A program made the translations under genes and the position numbers. Shown piece after piece: positions 16,913 through 24,000 of a stretch of 24,000 bases of DNA (positions are counted from its first letter, which is position 1; each line of letters opens with the position of its first letter). Source of the stretch: Rouxiella aceris (GTDB taxonomy: Bacteria > Pseudomonadota > Gammaproteobacteria > Enterobacterales > Enterobacteriaceae); assembly GCF_012933545.1 (NCBI RefSeq), contig NZ_JAADJU010000005.1, positions 324,525 to 348,524 on the forward strand, given 5' to 3'. The notes below the pieces were generated by a model, which was not told where the DNA came from, searched no databases, and saw nothing but the letters and a program-made list of their open reading frames with translations.

Positions 16913-17887
16913 ATGGATAATTTTCAAAAAGAAATTGATGAGAGAACAAACCTTACCTCATCGAACAGATTTGAGTTGCTGTTGTTCCAATTGGGGTCAT
17001 CTCCAGATGAGCCAAAGTCTGAACTGTATGGCATTAACGTGTTTAAGCTGCGCGAAATCGTTCCTATGCCGACGCTGACCAAAGCGGCGGGCATGGTAAC
17101 GCCAATGATGGGCATGGCGAATATCCGTGGTGAGATTATCCCGGTTATCGATCTGCCATCGGTGGTGGGCTGTGTGCCTAAAACCGGGCTAAATATTTTG
17201 CTGGTCACTGAATATGCACGCAGTACCCAGGCGTTTGCCGTCGAATCCGTTGACGATATTGTCCGCCTCGAATGGAGCCAGGTTTTGGCCGCCGAGTCAG
17301 GCGTCAAGAGCCGCAACATTACCAGTATTGCCCGTCTGGATACTGATAAGTCCAGCAACCGTCTGGCGTTGGTACTGGATGTTGAACAGATCCTATATGA
17401 CATTATGCCAGCCAGCCGCAATATCGAAATGGATGACAATCAGACCAAACCGTTCCAGTTAAAACCTGGCTCAGTGGCGATTGTTGCCGAAGATTCCAAA
17501 GTTGCGCGTTCAATGCTGGATCAGGGTTTGAAAATGATGAGCATTCCTGCCGAGATGCATATCACCGGTCTGGAAGCCTGGAATAAAATCAGGAAAATGG
17601 CCGAAGAAGCCAAGGCAGAAGGGCGGCCTATCTCGGATAAAATTGCCTTTGTATTAACCGATTTGGAAATGCCGGAGATGGATGGCTTTACGTTGACGTT
17701 AAATATTAAACGCGATGAATTCCTCAAGAATATCCCGGTTATTATTCACTCGTCATTGTCCGGCAGCGCCAACGAAGATCATGTGCGCAAAGTCGGTGCC
17801 GACGGTTACGTAGCAAAATTTGAAATCAATGAACTGGAAGCAGCTATTCACCGCGCATTAGATAGCAAGAAAGCGGTAAATTCCTAA
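16913..17887 (+). CDS. cheV: Chemotaxis coupling protein CheV (CheW-like domain fused to a receiver domain)
   Basis: 324 aa. The N-terminal CheW-like region is ...FELLLFQLGS....ELYGINVFKLREIVPMP..T...........G.ANIRG.IIPVIDL. The C-terminal receiver has ...IVAEDS...R......L......, ...VLTDLEMPEMDGF.L... and ...IHSSLSG......, with the phospho-acceptor D in TDLEMP and the conserved S and K. Confidence 0.9.
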   Translation: MDNFQKEIDERTNLTSSNRFELLLFQLGSSPDEPKSELYGINVFKLREIVPMPTLTKAAGMVTPMMGMANIRGEIIPVIDLPSVVGCVPKTGLNILLVTEYARSTQAFAVESVDDIVRLEWSQVLAAESGVKSRNITSIARLDTDKSSNRLALVLDVEQILYDIMPASRNIEMDDNQTKPFQLKPGSVAIVAEDSKVARSMLDQGLKMMSIPAEMHITGLEAWNKIRKMAEEAKAEGRPISDKIAFVLTDLEMPEMDGFTLTLNIKRDEFLKNIPVIIHSSLSGSANEDHVRKVGADGYVAKFEINELEAAIHRALDSKKAVNS

Positions 17888-18346
17888 CTCGTTTTATTGA
17901 TAGTGCGGCGGCTCTTGCCAACAGGAATGAGCCGCTACGCTATCTCCGCAAGCTGTGAAATCCTTGCCTTACTGCCATTCCCTTATTTGGTGTCGTGACT
18001 CTTCCCTCTCTTTCGCAGCTCAACTGAGCTTCCCGCGCAATCATTGGACCTGAGTGTCCAAAACTGATGCCTTTTTTGAATGTTCATACGCCATGACTTT
18101 TTCCAGTAAAAACGTGAAATAACTGTCTGATTATAAATTATGTGCTGTTTTATTTAAGTTATTTTGTATAAAACGATAATAAATAATGTTTTAAGGGAAA
18201 TTTCCATTGGTTATTATTGCTGTGATTTTAACCATGGCAATGACAAGGATAATCATATGGCTAAGTATTACCGCAACCAACAGATGCCTGAAATTCCGGC
18301 CAGGAAAAGGAGTATTACCCGCTATTTTGGTATGGAGGGATAGCGG

Positions 18347-20035
18347 ATGGGATATCGAGAGGATTGTTATGGGCGAGGATTAGCCCTTAATGGCGATAAA
18401 ACCACAACAGGTGCCAGTTGTATCAGCTCTACGGGATCGCGGGTTTCCTATTTTGGTCGCGGGATCGTCCGGGTGGGGGATGTGACCACCGACTGCCCGA
18501 AGTGTGGGCGGTATGGACGCATTATAGATGGTGAATCGAGATCGCAATATTTCGGTGCAGCGGCTGCGGTGGACGGGTCGCTGGTAGTTTGTCACTGCCC
18601 GGAAGGCAGTAACCGTGTTATTGCCCCTGCGGGAGAATGGCTGGGACGGGGAAAATCGCCAGAGCAACAAGCAGAGGAAAGACAAAAGGTCCGGCTGGCG
18701 ACCAGAAAAGCTGAACAAGCTGCACAAGAAAAACGATTAGCAGCAGAAAGAGAGCGCAACCGCGTATTTGCCAAATCCTGTCTGCGCGGAGAAGGATGTA
18801 ATGATGCCGGAGATCAGTGCGAACCGCACAGCAATTTTGCCCGTATGGCGTTTTATCAGGCAGCACCCGTCACAGATACGACGGCACGACAACACACCGA
18901 GTCTGGCAAAAAGCAGCCGTCTGCCGAGGCGATCCCTAAACCCAAGAGGCATAGTGCACTCTATAAATGGCGGTATGGCAATCATGAGGAAATGGATTAT
19001 CAGGCGGCTTTAGCCACCATGGCAGGTATGGCTCGTGTGCAGACCGCAATGGCCGGGGCCAACGTGCTTACTCCTATAGCCGGAAACCTTGCAGTGCCAG
19101 GAACCTGGGCAGTGAGTGCTGCCCGTATCGCAGTTGGCGGCATAGGTGCCCCCCTGGCCGGACTGCTGGTGGGCATGATGCCCGGCAGGTTGAATAACGG
19201 TGAGCAGGATTTTATTGACCGTATGCGGCTCGAACAGATGCGGGAAGCACCAACCCGCGTCCGGTTTACCTGGGAGAATGACACTCAGGGTAACCCTGTA
19301 CCGCACGGCTGGCATACGCCAGCGGGGCAGGATAAAGTACGGGTACGTAGCATGCAGTGGAATAATAGCCGGCAAGCCTATACCTTTACCACGGAAGAGG
19401 ATGATCCGCTTACCCTTATCTGGACACCAGACAGCTCAGGGATGGAGATTCCGGCCCACACCGGAGATCAATCGCCCCCCCAGCTCCCCGGCTCGGTAAT
19501 GGTTGATCCCTTACCGGACAATAACGGATTCGATAGCACTGTCAGCCCGGCACCGGAAGAGAAGGGTTTTGCGGATTATATTCTTATTCTGCCCCTGCCA
19601 AATATTCCGCCGATCTATATTTATTTGAGTAAACCTCCCGTGGAATTTCTGGAGGTGGAGCTGTATAGCGATTTTATTCGCAGGTCAAGGCAGGGAAAAT
19701 ACGAAGCAGACCATATGCCCTCTAGGGCTGCGGTTGAGCGTTATTATATGAATAAATATCCTACAATGGATATTGAACAAATTACTGAACTTTCAAACAG
19801 AGTGGCATCAATTGTAATACCGAAAGAGGTTCACAGAAGGGTAAGCGAGACATTTGGTGGACGTAACTCAGATACTCGAATCGATCTGGACTCTCGCGAC
19901 CTAAGGGCAGCAGCTGACAGTAACCTTGATGCGATAAAACCAAAATTGCAGGAATACGGTGCAACTGAACAGCAAATTGAGGCAGTAAGAGCAAGAGTGC
20001 ATGAGCTAAATTCAAAAATAGGGTTATACAAATGA
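18347..20035 (+). CDS. Polymorphic toxin: N-terminal PAAR-like (zinc-ribbon type) domain, Gly/Ala-rich hydrophobic segment, S-type-pyocin-like domain, and an unassigned ~130-aa C-terminal toxin domain
   Basis: 562 aa; GGAGGG lies 5 nt upstream of the ATG. Residues ~13-97 (LNGDKTTTGASCISS...VRVGDVTTDCPKCGRYGRII...AAAAVDGSLVVCHCPEGSNRVIA) show the three-fold G-D / C-P / A-A-x-x-D-G pattern of PAAR spike-tip domains. Residues ~295-430 (VRVRSMQWNN..QAYTFTTEEDDPLTLIWTPD....P..TG ... FADYILILPLPNIPPIYIYLSKPP) match the S-type pyocin domain and its conserved pre-toxin junction. Residues 431-562 match no toxin family I can recognise. Confidence 0.8.
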   Translation: MGYREDCYGRGLALNGDKTTTGASCISSTGSRVSYFGRGIVRVGDVTTDCPKCGRYGRIIDGESRSQYFGAAAAVDGSLVVCHCPEGSNRVIAPAGEWLGRGKSPEQQAEERQKVRLATRKAEQAAQEKRLAAERERNRVFAKSCLRGEGCNDAGDQCEPHSNFARMAFYQAAPVTDTTARQHTESGKKQPSAEAIPKPKRHSALYKWRYGNHEEMDYQAALATMAGMARVQTAMAGANVLTPIAGNLAVPGTWAVSAARIAVGGIGAPLAGLLVGMMPGRLNNGEQDFIDRMRLEQMREAPTRVRFTWENDTQGNPVPHGWHTPAGQDKVRVRSMQWNNSRQAYTFTTEEDDPLTLIWTPDSSGMEIPAHTGDQSPPQLPGSVMVDPLPDNNGFDSTVSPAPEEKGFADYILILPLPNIPPIYIYLSKPPVEFLEVELYSDFIRRSRQGKYEADHMPSRAAVERYYMNKYPTMDIEQITELSNRVASIVIPKEVHRRVSETFGGRNSDTRIDLDSRDLRAAADSNLDAIKPKLQEYGATEQQIEAVRARVHELNSKIGLYK

Positions 20036-20499
20036 CGGTAAATGTCGAAGCGCTGATTAATAGCTTAGGAAAGAGTTATAGCGAGATCGTTGCCTTGGGT
20101 TTGCTACCTTATAAAACCGAGCCAAGGGGAGCCTCAGGGTCATCTATACTCACTTTAAACATGGCAAAGGAAGGACTCTTTTTAGCCTTCCACCGAGAGG
20201 GAGTCATATTCCGAGAGGTATCTTTGAAAATTCAAAATGATAAGGCCAAAAATTGGATTTTCCCTAGTGATTTACCCTTACCTCTGCAACCCAGTATGTC
20301 TCGAGAATGGGTACATAAAACTTTTGGTAAGCCAGACAAAGCAGAGCCACCGCAAGTTGTAGCTAATTTAGCATTTGGCTGGACGGAACGTTTTACGGCT
20401 GTGCGGTATCAATTACCCATAACAATGCAAATTAGCTATGATTTGCAAGAGATGGTCAAAAAAGTCACTTTCCTTCCAACATCCGAACTGCGTTGGTAG
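20032..20499 (+). CDS. Putative cognate immunity protein (cytoplasmic, 155 aa)
   Basis: The ATG overlaps the toxin TGA (ATGA at 20032-20035). There is no signal peptide or TM segment. It shares the low-GC composition of the toxin C-terminal domain and is followed directly by a strong terminator. I recognised no family. Confidence 0.65.
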   Translation: MTVNVEALINSLGKSYSEIVALGLLPYKTEPRGASGSSILTLNMAKEGLFLAFHREGVIFREVSLKIQNDKAKNWIFPSDLPLPLQPSMSREWVHKTFGKPDKAEPPQVVANLAFGWTERFTAVRYQLPITMQISYDLQEMVKKVTFLPTSELRW

Positions 20500-20518
20500 C
20501 GGCAATATGAACTTAAAT

Positions 20519-20554
20519 AGCAGCACACTTTCTTATGTGCTGCTTGATTTTTTA
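20519..20554 (+). terminator. Rho-independent terminator after the toxin/immunity pair
   Basis: The stem agcagcaca (20519-20527) / tgtgctgct (20536-20544) is followed by tgaTTTTTTaT. Confidence 0.8.
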
Positions 20555-20633
20555 TCAGCCATCTTAACGCTGATGTGCGGCTTATTCTCGCAGAGATTAA
20601 GCCGCTAAGTGGCAATGATTGACCTAAAGAAGA

Positions 20634-22133
20634 TTAACTTATATCGCTCGACGCTGGTTGTTGCGCCATTGCCGGTTGGCGTTTTTGCAACTGAGCTTCC
20701 AGTTCTTCCAGGGATTTACCTTTGGTTTCCGGAACAAATTTCCACATAAACAGCGCCGCCAGCAGGCCCATAACGCCGTATAACCAGTAGGAAAAACCGT
20801 TATTGAAATGGGCGTTCAGATAGCTGTTTTTATCCATCATCGGGAAGGTCCAGGAGACCAGGTAATTGGCAATCCACTGTGCCGCCACGGCAATCGACAT
20901 GGCTTTACTGCGGATACGGTTGGGGAAGATTTCTGCCAGCAGCACCCAGCAGACCGGTCCCCAGGAAATGGCAAATGAAGCGACGTAAAACAGCATGGCA
21001 CCCAGGGCGACTGTAGGGGACATTTTGGTATAGAACGCGGTTCCCAGGGTGAACATGCCGAAGGCCATCCCCAGTGCACCAATAATTTGTAAGGGCTTAC
21101 GACCAAAATTATCTACCGTTAAAATGGCAATGGTGGTGAACAGCAGATTTATCACGCCAACAATAATAGTTTGCAGCAGGGCAACATCGGTGCTGGAACC
21201 CACGGAACGGAAGACTTCCGGTGCGTAATAGAGCACAACGTTAATACCTACAAACTGCTGGAAGACAGAAAGCAGAATACCAATAACGATAATGCCGATG
21301 CCAAACGAAAATAGCGGCGTATTTTTGGTCGGGCTGGCATTTACCGAATTAAGAATATTGCGCAATTCAATTTGGCTCTGCACTTTGCCCAGCAGTTTTT
21401 GCAATACGGCGGCTGCTTCGGCATTCATACCTTTTACTGCCAGCCAGCGTGGACTTTCCGGCACGGCAAACAGCAGAATGAAAAACAGCATAGAGGGCAC
21501 CGCGCCGGAAAGAAACATAAAGCGCCAGCCCATGGTATCCAGCCAGGAGGCGCTACCGGACAGGGCGATGCCGTAGTTGACGCAGTAGACCAGCAGTTGG
21601 CCGAGAATAATGGCAAACTGGTTGCAGGCCACCATTCGACCGCGAATTTTGGCCGGAGTAATTTCGGCGATATACATTGGCGAGACCATTGACGCCAGCC
21701 CAACACCGATGCCGCCGATAATGCGGTAGATAACAAATTCACTCAGGTAGCCGGAGAGATAATAGGGAATACCGTCGTTGGCGTTAATGGCGCGGTGACC
21801 AAATTCGGGAAAGGCCGACCCCACCGCCGACAGACAAAACAGCACCGCCGCGACCAGTAAGGTTTTCTTTCTGCCGAAGCGGGCGCTCAATGGGCCGCCA
21901 CAGGCACCGCCGATAATGCAGCCGATCAGGGCGCTGGCCACGCAAAAACCGAGTAAAGCGTTTGCCGCCGACTCACTTAATCCACGCGGGGTGATAAAAA
22001 CCGTGTTCAGCGTTGAAACCGTTCCGGAGATCACCGCCGTATCGTAACCAAATAATAATCCGCCTAATGTCGCAACCAGCGTAATGGATATTATATAGCG
22101 ATTATTGGCTTTCATCTCAGATGTTGTTGCCAT
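20634..22133 (-). CDS. xylE: D-xylose:proton symporter XylE (MFS sugar porter family)
   Basis: 499 aa. The near-colinear match to E. coli XylE as recalled includes: ...ITLVATLGGLLFGYDTAVISGTV.SLNTVF..P..LSESAAN.LLGFCVASALIGCIIGGA.GG..., ...PESPRWL..., ...FQQFVGINVVLYYAPEVF..., ...GRKPLQIIGALGMA.GMF.LGTAFYT..., ...WGPVCWVLL.EIFPN.IR.KA..IAVAAQW.ANY.VSWTFPMMDKNS.L.AHF.NGFSYW.YG.MG.LAALFMWKFVPETKGK.LEELE. Confidence 0.92.
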   Translation of the reverse strand: MATTSEMKANNRYIISITLVATLGGLLFGYDTAVISGTVSTLNTVFITPRGLSESAANALLGFCVASALIGCIIGGACGGPLSARFGRKKTLLVAAVLFCLSAVGSAFPEFGHRAINANDGIPYYLSGYLSEFVIYRIIGGIGVGLASMVSPMYIAEITPAKIRGRMVACNQFAIILGQLLVYCVNYGIALSGSASWLDTMGWRFMFLSGAVPSMLFFILLFAVPESPRWLAVKGMNAEAAAVLQKLLGKVQSQIELRNILNSVNASPTKNTPLFSFGIGIIVIGILLSVFQQFVGINVVLYYAPEVFRSVGSSTDVALLQTIIVGVINLLFTTIAILTVDNFGRKPLQIIGALGMAFGMFTLGTAFYTKMSPTVALGAMLFYVASFAISWGPVCWVLLAEIFPNRIRSKAMSIAVAAQWIANYLVSWTFPMMDKNSYLNAHFNNGFSYWLYGVMGLLAALFMWKFVPETKGKSLEELEAQLQKRQPAMAQQPASSDIS

Positions 22134-22463
22134 AATGAGCCTCAGATTGTTATTAATTGCTGATGATAAATCAGATGTGTTTTCTCACGACATAAAACAT
22201 ATGCCTCCCGTCTGGTGAAGGAAATTACAATATTTTGTTATCCAACCCGGCGTTTTGCTTTTCATGATAGCGGTCACAGAGCGCACTTTTACGCCATATC
22301 TGGGGGTGATAAGCACAATGTGATCGCCGTCATGCTTGCGATTTTACAGAGCGTGTTTATAAAATTTTATAATTGTCAGGTTATTTCTCTTCTTTGCATA
22401 ATCATCTCGTTGACTTTAATTCGATGACTTATTCATTTTCTGATTATTTTTAGGAGAATTACC
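22134..22463. promoter_or_regulatory. Divergent xylE / xylAB control region (expected XylR/CRP-dependent promoters)
   Basis: A 330-bp AT-rich intergenic region lies between the divergent xylose genes. One CRP-like half-palindrome CATGA-N6-TCACA is at 22263-22278 (8/10 to TGTGA-N6-TCACA). I cannot define XylR sites by eye. Confidence 0.45.
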
Positions 22464-23783
22464 ATGACCAACTATTTTGACCGCATTGAAAAGATCGCTT
22501 ACGAAGGAAGTGAAAGTCAGAATGATTTGGCCTTCCATTTTTATAATCCGAATGAAATTATTCTCGGTAAAAGAATGGAAGATCATCTGCGCTTTGCGGC
22601 CTGTTACTGGCACACCTTTTGTTGGGCAGGGACCGATATGTTTGGCACCGGCGCTTTTGACCGCCCATGGTTGAGCGCTGGCAGCGAGCTGGAAGCGGCA
22701 AAAATGAAAGCCGAGATTGCCTTTGAGTTCTTCAGCAAACTGAATGTGCCTTATTATTGTTTCCATGATGCCGACGTTGCCCCGCAGGGAAATTCGGTGA
22801 AGGAGTATTTGCACAATTTTGCGGTGATCAGCGATCTGTTGGCAGAGAAACAGCAACAGACCGGGGTTAAGCTGCTGTGGGGCACCGCCAACTGCTTTAG
22901 CCACCCTCGCTACGGCGCAGGTGCGGCCACCAATCCGGATCCGGAAGTCTTTGCCTGGGCGGCCACTCAAGTCAACGCTGCCATGGCGGCCACGCAGAAA
23001 CTGGGCGGGGAAAACTATGTGTTATGGGGCGGCCGTGAAGGTTATGAAACTCTGCTCAATACCGACCTGAAACGGGAACGTGAACAAATTGGTCGCTTTA
23101 TGCAGATGGTGGTGGAACATAAGCACCGTCTTGGCTTTAAAGGCACGCTGTTGATTGAACCTAAACCTCAGGAGCCAACCAAACATCAGTACGATTATGA
23201 TGTTGCTACCGTCTATGGTTTTCTCAAACAGTTCAACCTGGAAAATGAAATCAAGGTTAATGTCGAAGCTAACCATGCCACGCTGGCAGGGCATTCGTTC
23301 CATCATGAAATTGCCACGGCGGCATCGCTGGGGATCTTTGGTTCTGTCGATGCCAACCGCGGCGATTTACAATTGGGTTGGGATACCGACCAGTTCCCGA
23401 ACAGCGTGGAAGAAAATGCGCTGATTATGTATGAAATCCTCAAAGTGGGCGGTTTCACTACCGGCGGGTTGAACTTTGATGCCAAAGTTCGCCGCCAGAG
23501 CACCGACCCCTACGATCTTTTCTACGGTCATATTGGTGGTATGGACGTGATGGCCCAAGGGCTGCGCATAGCCGCTCGCCTGATCGAAGAAGGACGACTG
23601 GAAAAAGCGCGTGAAGCACGCTATGCCGGTTGGGGCAGCAAGCTGGGTCAAAATATTCTGGCAGGGAATATGTCACTGACCGATCTGGCGGGCTATACCG
23701 AAAAATCGGCATTATATCCGCAGCATCAAAGCGGTCAGCAAGAACGTCTGGAAAATATCGTTAACCAGGCCATTTACCGCTAA
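22464..23783 (+). CDS. xylA: Xylose isomerase XylA
   Basis: 439 aa. The match to E. coli XylA (440 aa) as recalled is very high: ...[24 protein letters not shown]..., ...[31 protein letters not shown]..., ...[22 protein letters not shown]..., ...[52 protein letters not shown]..., ...[61 protein letters not shown]. Confidence 0.96.
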   Translation: MTNYFDRIEKIAYEGSESQNDLAFHFYNPNEIILGKRMEDHLRFAACYWHTFCWAGTDMFGTGAFDRPWLSAGSELEAAKMKAEIAFEFFSKLNVPYYCFHDADVAPQGNSVKEYLHNFAVISDLLAEKQQQTGVKLLWGTANCFSHPRYGAGAATNPDPEVFAWAATQVNAAMAATQKLGGENYVLWGGREGYETLLNTDLKREREQIGRFMQMVVEHKHRLGFKGTLLIEPKPQEPTKHQYDYDVATVYGFLKQFNLENEIKVNVEANHATLAGHSFHHEIATAASLGIFGSVDANRGDLQLGWDTDQFPNSVEENALIMYEILKVGGFTTGGLNFDAKVRRQSTDPYDLFYGHIGGMDVMAQGLRIAARLIEEGRLEKAREARYAGWGSKLGQNILAGNMSLTDLAGYTEKSALYPQHQSGQQERLENIVNQAIYR

Positions 23784-23824
23784 CAGACCCGCGATTTTCA
23801 GCAGAACGCCAGAGGAAACTGGAT

Positions 23825-24000
23825 ATGTATATAGGAATTGATCTCGGTACTTCAGGGGTTAAGGTTGTCTTGCTCAATGAAGAGAACCAGGTGTTGGCCA
23901 GCCAGACGGAGAAATTGACAGTTTCCCGTCCCCAACCCTTGTGGTCCGAACAGGACCCGGAAATGTGGTGGCAGGCGACGGATCGCGCCATGCAATCTCT
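23825..24000 (+). CDS. xylB: Xylulokinase XylB, N-terminal fragment (3' end outside the window)
   Basis: MYIGIDLGTSGVKVVLLNEENQVLASQTEKLTVSRPQPLWSEQDPEMWWQATDRAMQ matches the XylB/FGGY N-terminus (MYIGIDLGTSGVK..L......V.......L.VSRP.P.WSEQDPE.WW.A). AGAGGAAA lies upstream and the gene starts 41 nt after xylA. Confidence 0.9.
   Translation, partial: MYIGIDLGTSGVKVVLLNEENQVLASQTEKLTVSRPQPLWSEQDPEMWWQATDRAMQS

Noticed and set aside
17903-17940. A hairpin gcggctc / gagccgc after cheV, considered as a terminator
   Set aside because: The stem is only 7 bp with a 14-nt loop and no following T-run, so it is not convincing as an intrinsic terminator.
22263-22278. A CRP-like site CATGA-N6-TCACA in the xylE/xylA intergenic region, considered as a separate feature
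   Set aside because: Only one half-site is good (8/10 overall), and I cannot place it relative to a mapped promoter. I folded it into the general regulatory-region feature at low confidence.
22416-22970. A 184-aa minus-strand ORF overlapping the xylA 5' half
   Set aside because: It lies antisense to the near-certain xylose isomerase gene and shows no homology signal.

Overview
The window reads as a chromosomal segment from an Enterobacterales-type genome. The species cannot be determined from this sequence alone. Gene calls rest on by-eye similarity of the supplied ORF translations to E. coli K-12 and other well-known proteins recalled from memory. No search tools were run.

Gene order, left to right:
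- SDR oxidoreductase 3' end
- nac, a LysR-family regulator, preceded by a recognisable sigma-54 promoter and an NtrC-type site
- a divergent lsrK / lsrG pair with none of the other lsr genes
- a low-GC single-gene omptin protease islet
- a MarR-MFS operon
- an Old-Yellow-Enzyme flavin reductase divergent from an HxlR regulator
- a RelE/Phd-YefM toxin-antitoxin cassette bracketed by two diverged 102-bp copies of the hxlR 3' end
- paiB
- a four-gene amino-acid-type ABC transporter operon with an embedded GNAT acetyltransferase, divergent from an NtaA/DszA-type flavin monooxygenase (all five proteins completely lack cysteine)
- a second EntS-type MFS transporter
- cheV with a sigma-28-like promoter
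- a 562-aa PAAR / S-type-pyocin-domain polymorphic toxin with a C-terminal domain I cannot assign, plus a 4-nt-overlapping putative immunity gene
- xylE divergent from xylA and the start of xylB

No tRNA, rRNA, CRISPR array, IS element or integrase was seen.

The best candidate for something undescribed is the orphan PAAR-pyocin toxin/immunity module at 18347-20499. The next two are the cysteine-free transporter/GNAT/monooxygenase cluster and the TA islet flanked by gene-end duplicates.
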